A DNA stretch of 63,567 nt, counting the filler, from Rhabdomonas costata (taxonomy: Eukaryota): the NCBI GenBank assembly GCA_019059605.1. It is 47 parts of 47 records of this genome, joined end to end, with 100 filler letters (N's around TTAATTAATTAA, not from the genome) between each part and the next. Parts side by side here need not be neighbours in the genome. Positions count along the whole stretch, not along the records: positions 1 to 1,256 come from JAHMHO010021704.1; positions 1,357 to 2,616 come from JAHMHO010021705.1; positions 2,717 to 3,970 come from JAHMHO010021706.1; positions 4,071 to 5,326 come from JAHMHO010021707.1; positions 5,427 to 6,682 come from JAHMHO010021708.1; positions 6,783 to 8,038 come from JAHMHO010021709.1; positions 8,139 to 9,394 come from JAHMHO010021710.1; positions 9,495 to 10,750 come from JAHMHO010021711.1; 39 more parts are not named here. One strand, given 5' to 3'. Both the position numbers and the translations under genes were made by a program. The notes below the pieces were generated by a model. The model was given only the letters and a program-made list of their open reading frames with translations, searched no databases and was not told the origin of the DNA. Each line of letters opens with the position of its first letter. Positions within the stretch are counted from its first letter, which is position 1. Below are positions 1-10,606 of this stretch, one piece after another.

Positions 1-1256
1 TGTTTTGGGGTAGAGCCCAGGAGTACTTGATGCTGGCACTGGAGTGGGCCGTGCTTCGGTTTAGAGCCACGCTAGAGGCCATTTAAGGGCCCTTTTTGGC
101 CATTGCAAGCCTGCGTAATGACAAGAGAAAGAACTGTTGGCTGGCACACCGTCCGCCCACCTGCACGCCGGCAACGATTTTATCCTTTGTTTTGGCTGCT
201 TGTCTCATTGTAAATGACATTGAATATATGAGGGATAGGAATGCTTTCTGCAGTAACTGCAAAAAGGCTAAGCCGGGACAACTCTACTGGGGGGGGGGTG
301 TTCAACGTGTAAAGCCGTCAAACCTTTTTGGGACTTTGCCGATCAATTGGGACAGCATTTTTCGGGGGGCAGAGTACAACCGCAGGAAGCTAGCAGGAAT
401 CCCGCGCCCGAGTGGTGTGGCGGGATGTCTTCGCCTCCAACTGACTCTCCTTAGGACCCAAAGAAGAGACTTACCTGATTTTTTTTACATCGCCATCCCA
501 CTTCCCCGCGGAACACTTCAAATTGGCTACTTTTCGAATCATTTCAGGGCAAACCTGCGTTCTGTGATGTGTGACACCATTACACATCAGAAATCCAAAA
601 GCAACAAGACTTTCATGGTTGAGCCTTTTCTCTTTATGCTTGATTGGGCTTTTTCGAATTCGAGCTTCGACCTTTGCTCCATGTTTTGCAACAGTGAGTG
701 GTGTAAAGGCGCATATTGCGACAGAATTTTACATTTTTGCTCGCTGGCTTCTGGTTTCCGCTCGTTCCCAATCAATTTTCTCTTGTGTGTCTTGTGTGTA
801 TTGTGCCACAGCTCATTTTTATTTCTTCTTGTTGTGTGCGGCACGGTGGCGACGAGTCTACCTGCGGAAAGTGCCATGTGGTGTGCCAGGAGTGACAGAA
901 GGGGGTGGGGGGTTTGGTTCACTTTGTTGATCTAATGTACGATGGAAAAAAGGTTCCTTGTAAGCCGATGCAGATGGCAAGCAACAAGCAAACATTCGCT
1001 GGGCAAGCAACAAGAGTACATTCGCTGCCCACGAGCACACACAGAAGTCGGGGAATCGCCAGAAGACCGAGACACCCGCTCCACCCAGCCAGCGCGCTGT
1101 GCCCTCAACATGCAATTCAGCTGTCAGCACACTTGGGGTGCTGCCGGGGTGTACCAACTGATATGATTTTGTTTTTTGCCAGGCCGTCAAGGCCCAAAGG
1201 TCCCCAAAAGATCCGAAAATGCCCCCCCCCCTTGCTCTCCGGGGCACCCACAAAAC

Positions 1257-1356
1257 NNNNNNNNNNNNNNNNNNNNNNNNNNNNNNNNNNNNNNNNNNNN
1301 TTAATTAATTAANNNNNNNNNNNNNNNNNNNNNNNNNNNNNNNNNNNNNNNNNNNN
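1257..1356. other. Artificial contig spacer (N44-TTAATTAATTAA-N44); first of 46 identical spacers, the last at 62213-62312
   Basis: The same 100-nt spacer recurs about every 1.35 kb. The palindromic core gives TAA stops in all six frames, and the flanking contigs are nearly equal in length (size-sorted). Confidence 0.99.
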
Positions 1357-1384
1357 GTGTGTGTGTGTGTGTGTGTGTGTGTGT
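1357..1384. repeat. (GT)n microsatellite at contig start; similar tracts at 42303-42340, 59068-59084 and (CA)n at about 6240-6276
   Basis: Read directly from the sequence. Confidence 0.95.
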
Positions 1385-2337
1385 TAGCTATCGCAGTGTG
1401 CCTTCTGCGGGAGTGTCCTTTCGCACCACTGTCGTTTTTCCTGAGGAGGTGGGCACCTGTGCACGTTGTTTCCACCCTCCCCGTACCCCACCCCTTCATT
1501 CCCTTTTTTCTTTTCTCAGATGTTCCTTTTCTTTCCTGTGCTGTATGTCTTTTCTTATTCCTGTTCCTGTTTGCTGCACTGACTATGTGGTCCCGTGGCT
1601 CATTCGTTCTCTTTTCATCGAAAGGCTTTGCCAAAAACTTGTCGCTATGAGCCCTGAGCAAAAATGATAATAGTGAGCTGCTTTGCCGCCTTCACTGCTT
1701 TCACAATGCAAAGGCCTTTACATGTCTGCAATGGTTATGGAGCTGGGAAGCGAAGAGAGCCTTGCGTGGGCACCGCAGGTCCATGCACGTTTGGTAAAGT
1801 GCAATGGGGTTTTGGCTGTCCCGACCAACGACGGGTTGCGAATGAAGAACGAATGGCGTCCTAGGGGTTCTGTGATTGCATGGAAGCGTTTTACACCTGG
1901 TGTTGGGAACCTTTTCTCATGCACCTTTGTCAAGTTGCTCTCACTTGAGCTCCGTGTCGCCTACTAAAGGCTTCTGTGAGATGGAAGAAGATAACGGTGA
2001 TGGAAACCATTTTTATGTGCTTGGTTGAGTAGCGAACGCTATTTATGAATATCGAGCGCTATTCGCGCGTGAATAGCGCTGCCACGCAAAAGGGATTAGC
2101 GGGGGGGGGACAAAAGAGTCCATAGCCCACAAGGCATGAAATAGAAGTCTATAAACCGAGACGAATTCTCTACTCACCGCACTGATGAGGCGCAATGTCC
2201 TCTTCCCCATCCGCGATTCGCTCGCACATGACGTTATGCAATTTATCTTACCGTGGTGAAGTGTCAACCTACCTGTGGTCTAGTTTTTGTTACCCACCAC
2301 TGAAGTCTCGTTCTTGCGGTTTCTTTTGTGACTGTCG

Positions 2338-2535
2338 ATGTTGTGGCTGTCACTGCTTTTCCTCACCCTCCTGGGGGGTATCCTTGCGGTCGAAGTGCTG
2401 AAGACCTTCCCTCATCACCAGGGGTGCTTCACTCAGGGCTTGGTCTTTGAGCCTGCCACACAGAGGATGTACGAGAGCTGCGGTGGGTTTGCCGAAAGCT
2501 CTGTGCGATACGGAAGCCTGGATGTGATGCAGAAG
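2338..2535 (+). CDS. Glutamine cyclotransferase (type II glutaminyl cyclase), first exon with signal peptide
   Basis: MLWLSLLFLTLLGGILA is a hydrophobic leader. EVLKTFPHHQGCFTQGLVF...MYESCGGFAESSVR matches the family pattern PHD..AFTQGL...YESTG.YG.S.LR. The probable donor is AAG|GTTCGT at 2536. Confidence 0.85.
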
Positions 2536-4741
2536 GTTCGTGAAAGGAAAGTCATAAAATAGCATGAGTCGTCAATTTTGTCCCCCTATCCCCCGAAAAG
2601 TCATTGTTGACATAGGNNNNNNNNNNNNNNNNNNNNNNNNNNNNNNNNNNNNNNNNNNNNTTAATTAATTAANNNNNNNNNNNNNNNNNNNNNNNNNNNN
2701 NNNNNNNNNNNNNNNNGGTTGGGGTGGACCCTTTGCACTTTGCGAGGGGGACCCCCTTCCCTTTTCCCACTCAATGAGGTGAAGACCTCAGGAAACCTCT
2801 CAGTTCTTTGGTCAATGGCGGTCGACTTCACTCGAACGCCTGCAGTTCCGAGAGTCACCCCTCTTCCAGGTGTTGGGGAATCCTCTGCATATTTTACTTT
2901 TGTGAAGGGCAAGGGAAGAGGGGGTTGATTTGGCTCTTTCTCTCTTTATCCTTCTCTCTTTCGCTCTTTCCGCCCAGATCGTCTCTCTCTGATGCATCGG
3001 GCTTTTAGAATGGGGGTCCGGTACCTTTCCATCAGTACCCTGGGTAGTCTCCGTACTGCTGCGTGGGTTGGCCATCTCCGTGGAATGGTTAGAGGGTTGG
3101 TGTCTGATAGGTGGTCTTTCTCTGTGTATCGAAAGTGTCCGGCTGTCGTTCTGTACAGTCTCTGTGCGCCTGCTGTCTGGGAGACACAGAACTGCCCCGT
3201 GTTTGTCCGTCCTGCCTCTGCCATTGTTCGGAATCCTCACCCAAAAGCGAGTGGCCAAACAAATTCTTCGAAACAAGTTCCGCAAAAACCTTGTTCCGTA
3301 TTCCGCAAAACAGTAGCCCCCAGAAAACGACCTGTGCCTTGATGTACCACCATCATTGTCCCCTGCTGCAAGCCCCGAGGAGCATGTGCCGAATGGAGTC
3401 GGACGTTTGTAGGTTTTGGAATTTCAGGATTAGGGAAACTTCACCCCCACCACCACCGTGCAACCATTCATCCATGATCCCCGATCCCCCTTTTGAACAT
3501 GAATTACTTGCATCACGTGTCGCTCTCCGCTTGCAATCTCTCGGAATTGCAGTCATTTTTTTTGTGTGCCTATTAATTTCTCTTTGCGGTATAAAGCTTT
3601 TGTGCGTCCGAGTCTTATCTCACTCGCACTTTTTCTCAACGCTATCGGTTAAGGTTTTGGGATTGCCATATAATTTCGACGGTGACCTCACTTGTGGGCA
3701 CCGTTTGACGCTTCCTCTCCGTCCCCTTCCTCCTAATACTATCCCTCTGGGGATCTGGAGGATCTTCTTGGGTGAACGCTTTCCGGGACGCCGATGTTCT
3801 CCGAGACCACCCGGCGGCTGGTCCTTCAGTGCGTGGTGGGGTTAGCCGTGTTCCGGTCCCTGCTCGCCCTTCTTCTGCCCCACGCCTCCTTTGCGGGGCT
3901 CTTCCTGCCCTCGCGCTTCCAGAGCCCTCTGCTGCTCCAGCGCTCCCCCAACCACCCAACACACCCAACANNNNNNNNNNNNNNNNNNNNNNNNNNNNNN
4001 NNNNNNNNNNNNNNTTAATTAATTAANNNNNNNNNNNNNNNNNNNNNNNNNNNNNNNNNNNNNNNNNNNNGGGTTGTGGGAACATTGACCGTTGCCTTTC
4101 CACGTTTTCTTTCCTGGAGATAGTGAGGGCGTAATACCCCGGAAAGCAGGGGGAAGAGACAGCCAAAGAAAACGTGGAAAGGCAACGGTCAATGTTCCCA
4201 TAACCCAGAGCGGCAACAGCCCGTCGAGCCTCATAATACCAACCTCACAGCTGGAGCCTGATACTACCAACACCGATACCACTGTAAGGTCGGAGATACA
4301 CTATGCGTCGACTATTCCTGGAGGAAACAAAAACTTGGAGCCAGCTTGAATGGATGCTTGCATACTCAGTGGGCGGATGTGCATGTGGGGTGAGATAATG
4401 CGCCACTGGTGCGCGCGTGCACACATACACACACACACACCGAGAGAGAGAGAGGATCCAAAAGTGTGTGACTCAAGTCAGTACGAAGAGGAACATACTG
4501 GATGGTTTCGACGGGCGTTTGGAAAACTGTTCGCCCCAGAGCGCTGATCGAGATGAAGTGCTCCAGCCATTCCGGGGCTTTTGCTTAACGCCCCCCGCCC
4601 CCTGCTTTGTTTCCAGAAGAGCGCGACACACGTGACCCCTGGATGCCCTCGTTCGTTTTTGTTCACGCCTCCGTCCCCGACTGTGTAAAAATGTATATCC
4701 AAATGAAGATTCGTTGGATATGCATGGATGACATTAGCCAG

Positions 4742-5326
4742 GGTCGAAGACCGCACCCCCACCTTCCCGCGGCCGCGGCACAGAGCGAGCCCCGGGGTGT
4801 GCTGGAGGAGGTGCTGGGCCGTGCGTTGATCCTGCTGCACTGTAGCACAGACAGTAGTGCCACTGCGGACCTTCTGGGAGATTTCCCCTCGGAGACCTTC
4901 CCGATTCCCCGAGCCTGGGGCAAGGGCCTGCCCTCCTCCATTCAAAGGTTGTACCTGCTCCTACCCCGCCCCCCGTTGTTGAAAGCAAAATGGGAAAGTG
5001 GTCGAAAAGCATCAAACATACGTTGTCAGTCGTCGGTCACTGAGCGGTACACAAAACCTCAACCGCATTGCAAATGAGACAACTCGGACGGGAAGGGTTG
5101 AGACACAGGGATACTCACAAGACCTTATACCCCGCCTCTTTGTGTGTTGCTTTTATGAATTCTTAAAAGCTCTTTCCGCATTCGGTTTTCCTTCTCGCTG
5201 TCTCTCGTGGGAGGGAAACACCAAAATGTCACCTGCACCCCGCACAGGCTGGAGCGCTTGATGAGGCTGTCCAAGCAGACCGGGACGGACTTCCACAGTG
5301 ACCGCAGGGAGAGCAGGGACCACCAC
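4742..5326 (+). CDS. Hypothetical protein, two exons (about 4742-4947 and 5248 to contig end)
   Basis: Two GC-rich coding-like blocks. Donor AAG|GTTGTA (4948) and acceptor CACAG| (5247) join in a compatible phase: ...PSSIQ-R-LERLMRLSK. Confidence 0.45.
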
Positions 5327-5952
5327 NNNNNNNNNNNNNNNNNNNNNNNNNNNNNNNNNNNNNNNNNNNNTTAATTAATTAANNNNNNNNNNNNNNNNNN
5401 NNNNNNNNNNNNNNNNNNNNNNNNNNTTTTTTTGGTTGATTCCTGTGTCAAGGAATCAATCAAAAGGACAATGCACCCTCTTTTTTCTTGATAGTTGTCT
5501 TTTTACCCCACGCAGCCCATGTATCGTCTCTAAATGGACTATTTCGGCTTGCTGTGTTGCACTTGGATTCTAACAGACGCATTCGCATTATTAGAGGATG
5601 GTTTCAGTGATAGTAGTAAATGATTCCAGGATGCCTTGGCTGCGGAACGCAGCGAAGCGACCCAAGATCCTTGGTGTTTGACGTTCTACACTCTTTTAGC
5701 TTTAAATGGGTTCCAGTGATACCGGGGTTTCACTGGATGGGAGGGCCCACCCCTGACACCCTGCTAGACAGGAATGGTAAGCGACATTTTTTTTGCGGTG
5801 TTTGGAGATTTGTTTCTTTCAGAGTACTGGCCTTGACCTTGTGCTCAGACATGTGCGTACAGTTCTTGTTCTGCCTTGTTTTCTTTAGCAAAATACAAGG
5901 TGAAGCTGGCGCTTCCTCCCCCCGATCTGAGCAGATGTGTTTCCTTCCTCAG

Positions 5953-6661
5953 GTGCTGGAGAGGCTCTTCTCTCTGGCCCGGTTTGCCTCGGAGTTCACA
6001 TTTGAGGTGAGCTACACGGCGTGTGGGCTGCAGTGGAACCCCCAGGATGTCTTCATTGCGTACATGGTCATCCCTTGGATTGTCGCGGCCCCTGCGTTGC
6101 TGTGGATTCTCGCTTACAATGTGCACCCCTTCCCAGCGCGCGTGTGTGTGTGCCGGGGGTGAGGACTGAGAGGGTACCCGATCTGTTGCATTGCAATTTA
6201 GGCCAACAGACACATACCGCACCCCTAATTACGCACCCCCACACACACCGCACACACACACACCACACACACACACTGCTTCGGCCTTTTCTGTCTCTCT
6301 AGCTAATTCCCGTGACGGAGCCCGCCGTTCACGTGCCTTACGACCGCCAGACCGCGCTGAACCCCAGCGCGAAGCTGCGTGCGGTGATGTCCTACCGGGC
6401 GAGGTTCCAGCGCTCCTTCGGGATCTTCCACAACGTCGCCGCCGTGTTTACTTGCGTCGGTTGCCGCGCCTGCCCTGCCTGCATCTGCACACGCTGCCCG
6501 AACTTTCCAATTTTAAACCAGCAAGAACAACAAATGGTTTGACAACAAACGGGACGCGGTTTCGTCGCTCCTTCATTTCCGGGCAAGTATCTATCAGCCT
6601 GCTGTTCCTCTTGGTGGTCCAATTCCCAGTGTTTCTGGTTTACGATATTTTTTCTCTGCAG
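5953..6661 (+). CDS. Multi-pass membrane protein fragment, exons 5953-6120, 6303-about 6459 and possibly about 6588-6661
   Basis: Acceptors CCTCAG| and CTCTAG| give an in-frame join. Hydrophobic segments are VFIAYMVIPWIVAAPALLWILAY and SISLLFLLVVQFPVFLVY. The family is not recognised. Confidence 0.5.
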
Positions 6662-7184
6662 GCCGTTCATCCCCCACAAACCNNNNNNNNNNNNNNNNNN
6701 NNNNNNNNNNNNNNNNNNNNNNNNNNTTAATTAATTAANNNNNNNNNNNNNNNNNNNNNNNNNNNNNNNNNNNNNNNNNNNNGGGTGAGTACTGTGTGTG
6801 CACAGCGTATTGGTTTGACAAAGCTTGATTTTAAATGCAGTTTTTTGTGCATCTCTTTCTCTCTCCCTGTCCCCTCGGACATCGAGTGCCTTGGCTCCTC
6901 GCCTTCTGAAATGTGATGAGCGGGTGGCGATTCGTAGGCTCGAAAAAGCCCAACGTGGTGGTGGGGTTCCCATTTTTCTGGAAGTTACATTTTTGATTTT
7001 GTGCATCTTGCGCACTGTGTGTAGGTGTAGGTCATGGTAGTGATGATGGGATGTGTTGCACTGTGGTGCCGCGGGATGTTGTTGGTTTACGGCTGTCGAG
7101 AAGAATTATGCATCCATGTTCTGGTTTCCTTTTCAGCCCAGGCACACTCACCCTTTGCTTCTTGTCACTCCCTCCGGCTTCCAG

Positions 7185-7981
7185 AAAAAGCCGATTGAGA
7201 AGATGCGCAACGGCAACTTCGACATCGGAACCAACACCTACATGATGTTCGAGCCCAACCCCCCGAAGCAGCTACGTGGGGGCAAGGTCACCCACTTCGA
7301 CCCACAGAGCGGCCAGGAGGTTTGTCCTCCACTAATCTCCATCCCCCTCCCCCCTCCCATCGAGTGCTTTTCTTGTTTTTGTGCCCCAATGGGCCCCGTG
7401 AAAGGGTTAGACGTTGGGGTGAAGGATGTCGTTGCCTTGCCAAGAGATCTCGGGCTTCATCACCCTCCGTGGCCCTGGGTTCTTCCTGGTCTTCGTGTTC
7501 GTCACCACGTGGCTCGGCAATCGGTTTTGAACTGGAATTCGAAAAAAAAAAACGTCCTTGCCCATCTCCCTATTTTTCATTCAATGGATTGCACACCGAC
7601 ACCGCAACCTCGCACCTTGATCATCAAGTTATTTGTCAGCATTCGAAAGTCTGACCGGCATGGTGCCTCAGTATATAACGACTACCCCTATCCTGCTCAG
7701 CATCCCGTCAGTTGGGGGAGTCGATGGCATACGAGCACGTGTGGAAATACGGAGAGAAGTGGATCGATGGACATTGCTGCACAATTTCCGTGTGCGTGTG
7801 AATTCCTGTGCAGTACGAGGAGACGATTATCATGTTCCCTGAGCCTCAGACGAAGTATGACAAGATCTGGGTCGAGGGGGCGTCCGAGCTGACCCTGGGG
7901 CAAGTCCTGGAGGCCCTGAAGGAGAAGACCCAGGGCCTCGAGGCGGTGTCCGTAGGAGTGGTTCTTCCCGGAGAGGACGAG
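7185..7981 (+). CDS. UBA1: Ubiquitin-activating enzyme E1, C-terminal/UFD region; exons 7185-7319 and 7814-7981
   Basis: The spliced peptide KKPIEKMRNGNFDIGTNTYMMFEPNPP...QE|YEETIIMFPEPQTKYDKIWVEGASELTLGQVLEALKEK resembles the E1 C-terminus, especially the kinetoplastid form (RNG..D.GTN.Y..FE..P, then TKYD.I). GT-AG intron at 7320-7813. Confidence 0.75.
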
Positions 7982-8229
7982 GTCTCACGCGGCCCATATG
8001 CCAGCATCCCCGACGACACTCCAGCATGCACACAAACCNNNNNNNNNNNNNNNNNNNNNNNNNNNNNNNNNNNNNNNNNNNNTTAATTAATTAANNNNNN
8101 NNNNNNNNNNNNNNNNNNNNNNNNNNNNNNNNNNNNNNTGTGTTGTGGTTTCCCAGCTGAGGGAGGCACCCCACTCCGGTGCCCTTTCAGGAGTTCTTGC
8201 CTGCCTAACTGTTCAGGCTTCGCGAGGTA

Positions 8230-8965
8230 TCACGGCAGCATACTGTCTTCAGCAACGCTAAGCGAGGGCCGCAACTGCATCAGCTGCAGTTCTAGACCGG
8301 TGATCTCCTCTGTGAGGCCCCGGCACTGCACCACCATCTCTGCCATCGCTGTGCCGCCACCTGGAAACCCACATCGCCCAAGACAGTTTCCTGGAATCCA
8401 AGTATCTGGCATAACATCCGCAGTGACTCTTTTTATATAGGACACGTGTATCGCTCCTTAAACCCCTGTGAAAACTTCTATCTTGTCCCAGGGAACATGG
8501 TGCTTCGCTCCCTATCCATATGCGAAAATTCCGTCACCGGAAATGTCTACCAGGAATATGCTCGATCAAAGAAAAAATGCAGACAGAAAGAAAGGGTCAC
8601 CGCGGCTGTTGCGCGTGCCAAGATATCCTTTTTCGGAAGCCTCAGAGCCCTGTGTGACTTCCTTTGACGTCTCATTGAAAGATCTGTGCGCTTGACTCAT
8701 TTCATGGTAACTTAAGGGGGAACTCAAGCCCCTCAGCGTGGCGACCCAGCTGTTTCGGGAGCACGCAGGGTACACAGCACAGCGCGGCAAATGCCGTACT
8801 CTCGTATGCCGCCAGAGCAGAGTCAAGCTGTTGCTCCTGCTCCTCGGCCGCCACGCATTGCTGCTCCAGGCGCTCCTGAAAGCTTCTCATTGTGGCCACT
8901 TTCTCCGGGGTAAGGGACCGCACTTTCGCCTCCAGCGAAAGGGCCTGCAACTGCTGCTCGGAAAC
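8230..8965 (-). CDS. Coiled-coil protein C-terminus resembling augmin subunit HAUS4; exons 8965-8800 and 8360-8230 (stop)
   Basis: The GT-AG intron 8799-8361 joins in phase 1. The peptide ...VRSLTPEKVATMRSFQERLEQ...LAAYESGGTAMAEMVVQCRGLTEEI...LMQL follows the HAUS4 pattern TYT.EKV...R...L...L..YE..G..F..LV..Y..L...I. Confidence 0.5.
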
Positions 8966-10324
8966 CTAAACACAGCGAAACTCACTTTCGATGCGAATCG
9001 GCTGTACCACAATTCTCACTGAAATAACGAAAGAACAAAAGAACTTACGACAATTTTTTGGTTGGCAAGTATAAACCGCTTTTTTTCTTCGCACTTTTCA
9101 TTCTACATTTTCATTTTAATGATTTGCGCAGGTTTCGATTAAAAGGGAATCGGAACTGGGAAAATGAAGCGAAAAGACACCGCTTGTCCACCATACTCCG
9201 GACTAGTTACAACTGGAGCCACTATCCACCACCATCCATCAAACAAGTCAACGGGAAGGATAATGAGAAGTTCAGGCTTGCGAGCACATGGGCGCCCTCA
9301 AGTTTTTCCAATTGCCTCAAGACAGTGACTCCTTTGAATCAAGACCTTTCAATTATTCGATTCTTGGATTCGTCTTGGCAGTTTCCCAAAACCCNNNNNN
9401 NNNNNNNNNNNNNNNNNNNNNNNNNNNNNNNNNNNNNNTTAATTAATTAANNNNNNNNNNNNNNNNNNNNNNNNNNNNNNNNNNNNNNNNNNNNCCTCCA
9501 CCGTGTGCCACGCAACTCCTGAACCTCGACAACAGCAGGAAAAAGTAGGAAAGTGGCCTTCTGGGGTATCTTTATTTCTTACCTTGAAGAGTGATCGACG
9601 TTTTCTTGGGCGAAACCAAGGTTTAACATGATGCCGCTGTTTGGTTCTCCTTTATATTCTCGCGGAACGTCAGGACGCAATTTCTCTCTTTGCGCATAAT
9701 GTTTGTACGCAAATTTGAGTGTACCCTAAGCCGGAGGGGGAGGGGGGGGGCGAAACCAAGAGGTGCTGATGAGAAGAAATACGCCAAGAGGATGAGAAAA
9801 ACATCGTGTGCCACGCAAACCCAACTGCTACAAAAACATGCGACGACTTGATTCCCATTTGACTTTCAATTCAAAATCAAGAATGCACACAAAGCGGACT
9901 GACTTTTCTTCAGCTAGGTTAGGGAGCAGCAGTACAATGCAAGCACGTCAACTTAAGTGCTAAAGTGCGGGCGCAAAATGCAGCAAAACACTGTCACCGC
10001 CTGGTATTCGGCAACTAAAGGCGGAAGTTGAAATCAGGCAAAGCGTGTCAAGAGACAAAGCGAAAGCCTCAGCCCACCCTTATCTAGATTCACGTTTCCC
10101 GACGATTCCCGACGATTCCAAGATTACAGGAGGAGACAGGAGGTTATGAGGCGGCCCGATCTGTCAAAATTGCATCGTTCTTTCCGAATGTCCTTCAGCA
10201 GTGCTCACCACGCAAGGCTGAGAGGGAAAAAGCAAGGCCAAAGAAAATATAGAAAATGAGAAAAAACTGGAAGAGGGAGTCCGCAGCAGCAGCCCCCCAG
10301 AGAAAAACCCACCACCACTCAAAC

Positions 10325-10606
10325 CGTGTAGAAGATGTCGGTGCCTCGGCTCACACAGTCGTTGTTCGGTGTGGAGGGGCACCACGCGTCCGTGTGGTCG
10401 CCGTAGTAGGTGTCCCCCTGCGGACCAATCACGTTCAGCGCAAAGTACCTCTGATTCTTCCCAGGGAACTGCGAGCTGAAGTCCAGCACCTCGGAGACCC
10501 ACTGCACCACTTGGTGCAGCGCAGGCACCAGGCTGGTCACTGGCACCCCGTTCAGCACCAGAGTGCCTTGGGCAGGCAGCGTGGTCAGGGCAATCGACAC
10601 AGGGTA
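10325..10606 (-). CDS. Internal exon with an FBXL4 N-terminal / pappalysin scarf-like domain
   Basis: 282-nt exon flanked by TTCAG| and |GTTTGA. QWVSEVLDFSSQF...ALNVIGPQGDTYYGDHTDAWCPS matches the recalled motif QWA..V..FSS.Y....A..V.G.P.....YGD...AW.P. Confidence 0.6.

Noticed and set aside
96-935. 279-aa ORF and similar long track ORFs (3111-3845, 23247-24167, 47656-48474, 55496-56287)
   Set aside because: No recognisable domains, atypical Cys/Phe/Ser-rich composition, mostly non-ATG starts; consistent with chance frames in intronic or intergenic DNA.
2181-2215. CTGATGA hammerhead ribozyme cores (also at about 9766, 21901 and 49050)
   Set aside because: None has stem II followed by GAAA with closing stems.
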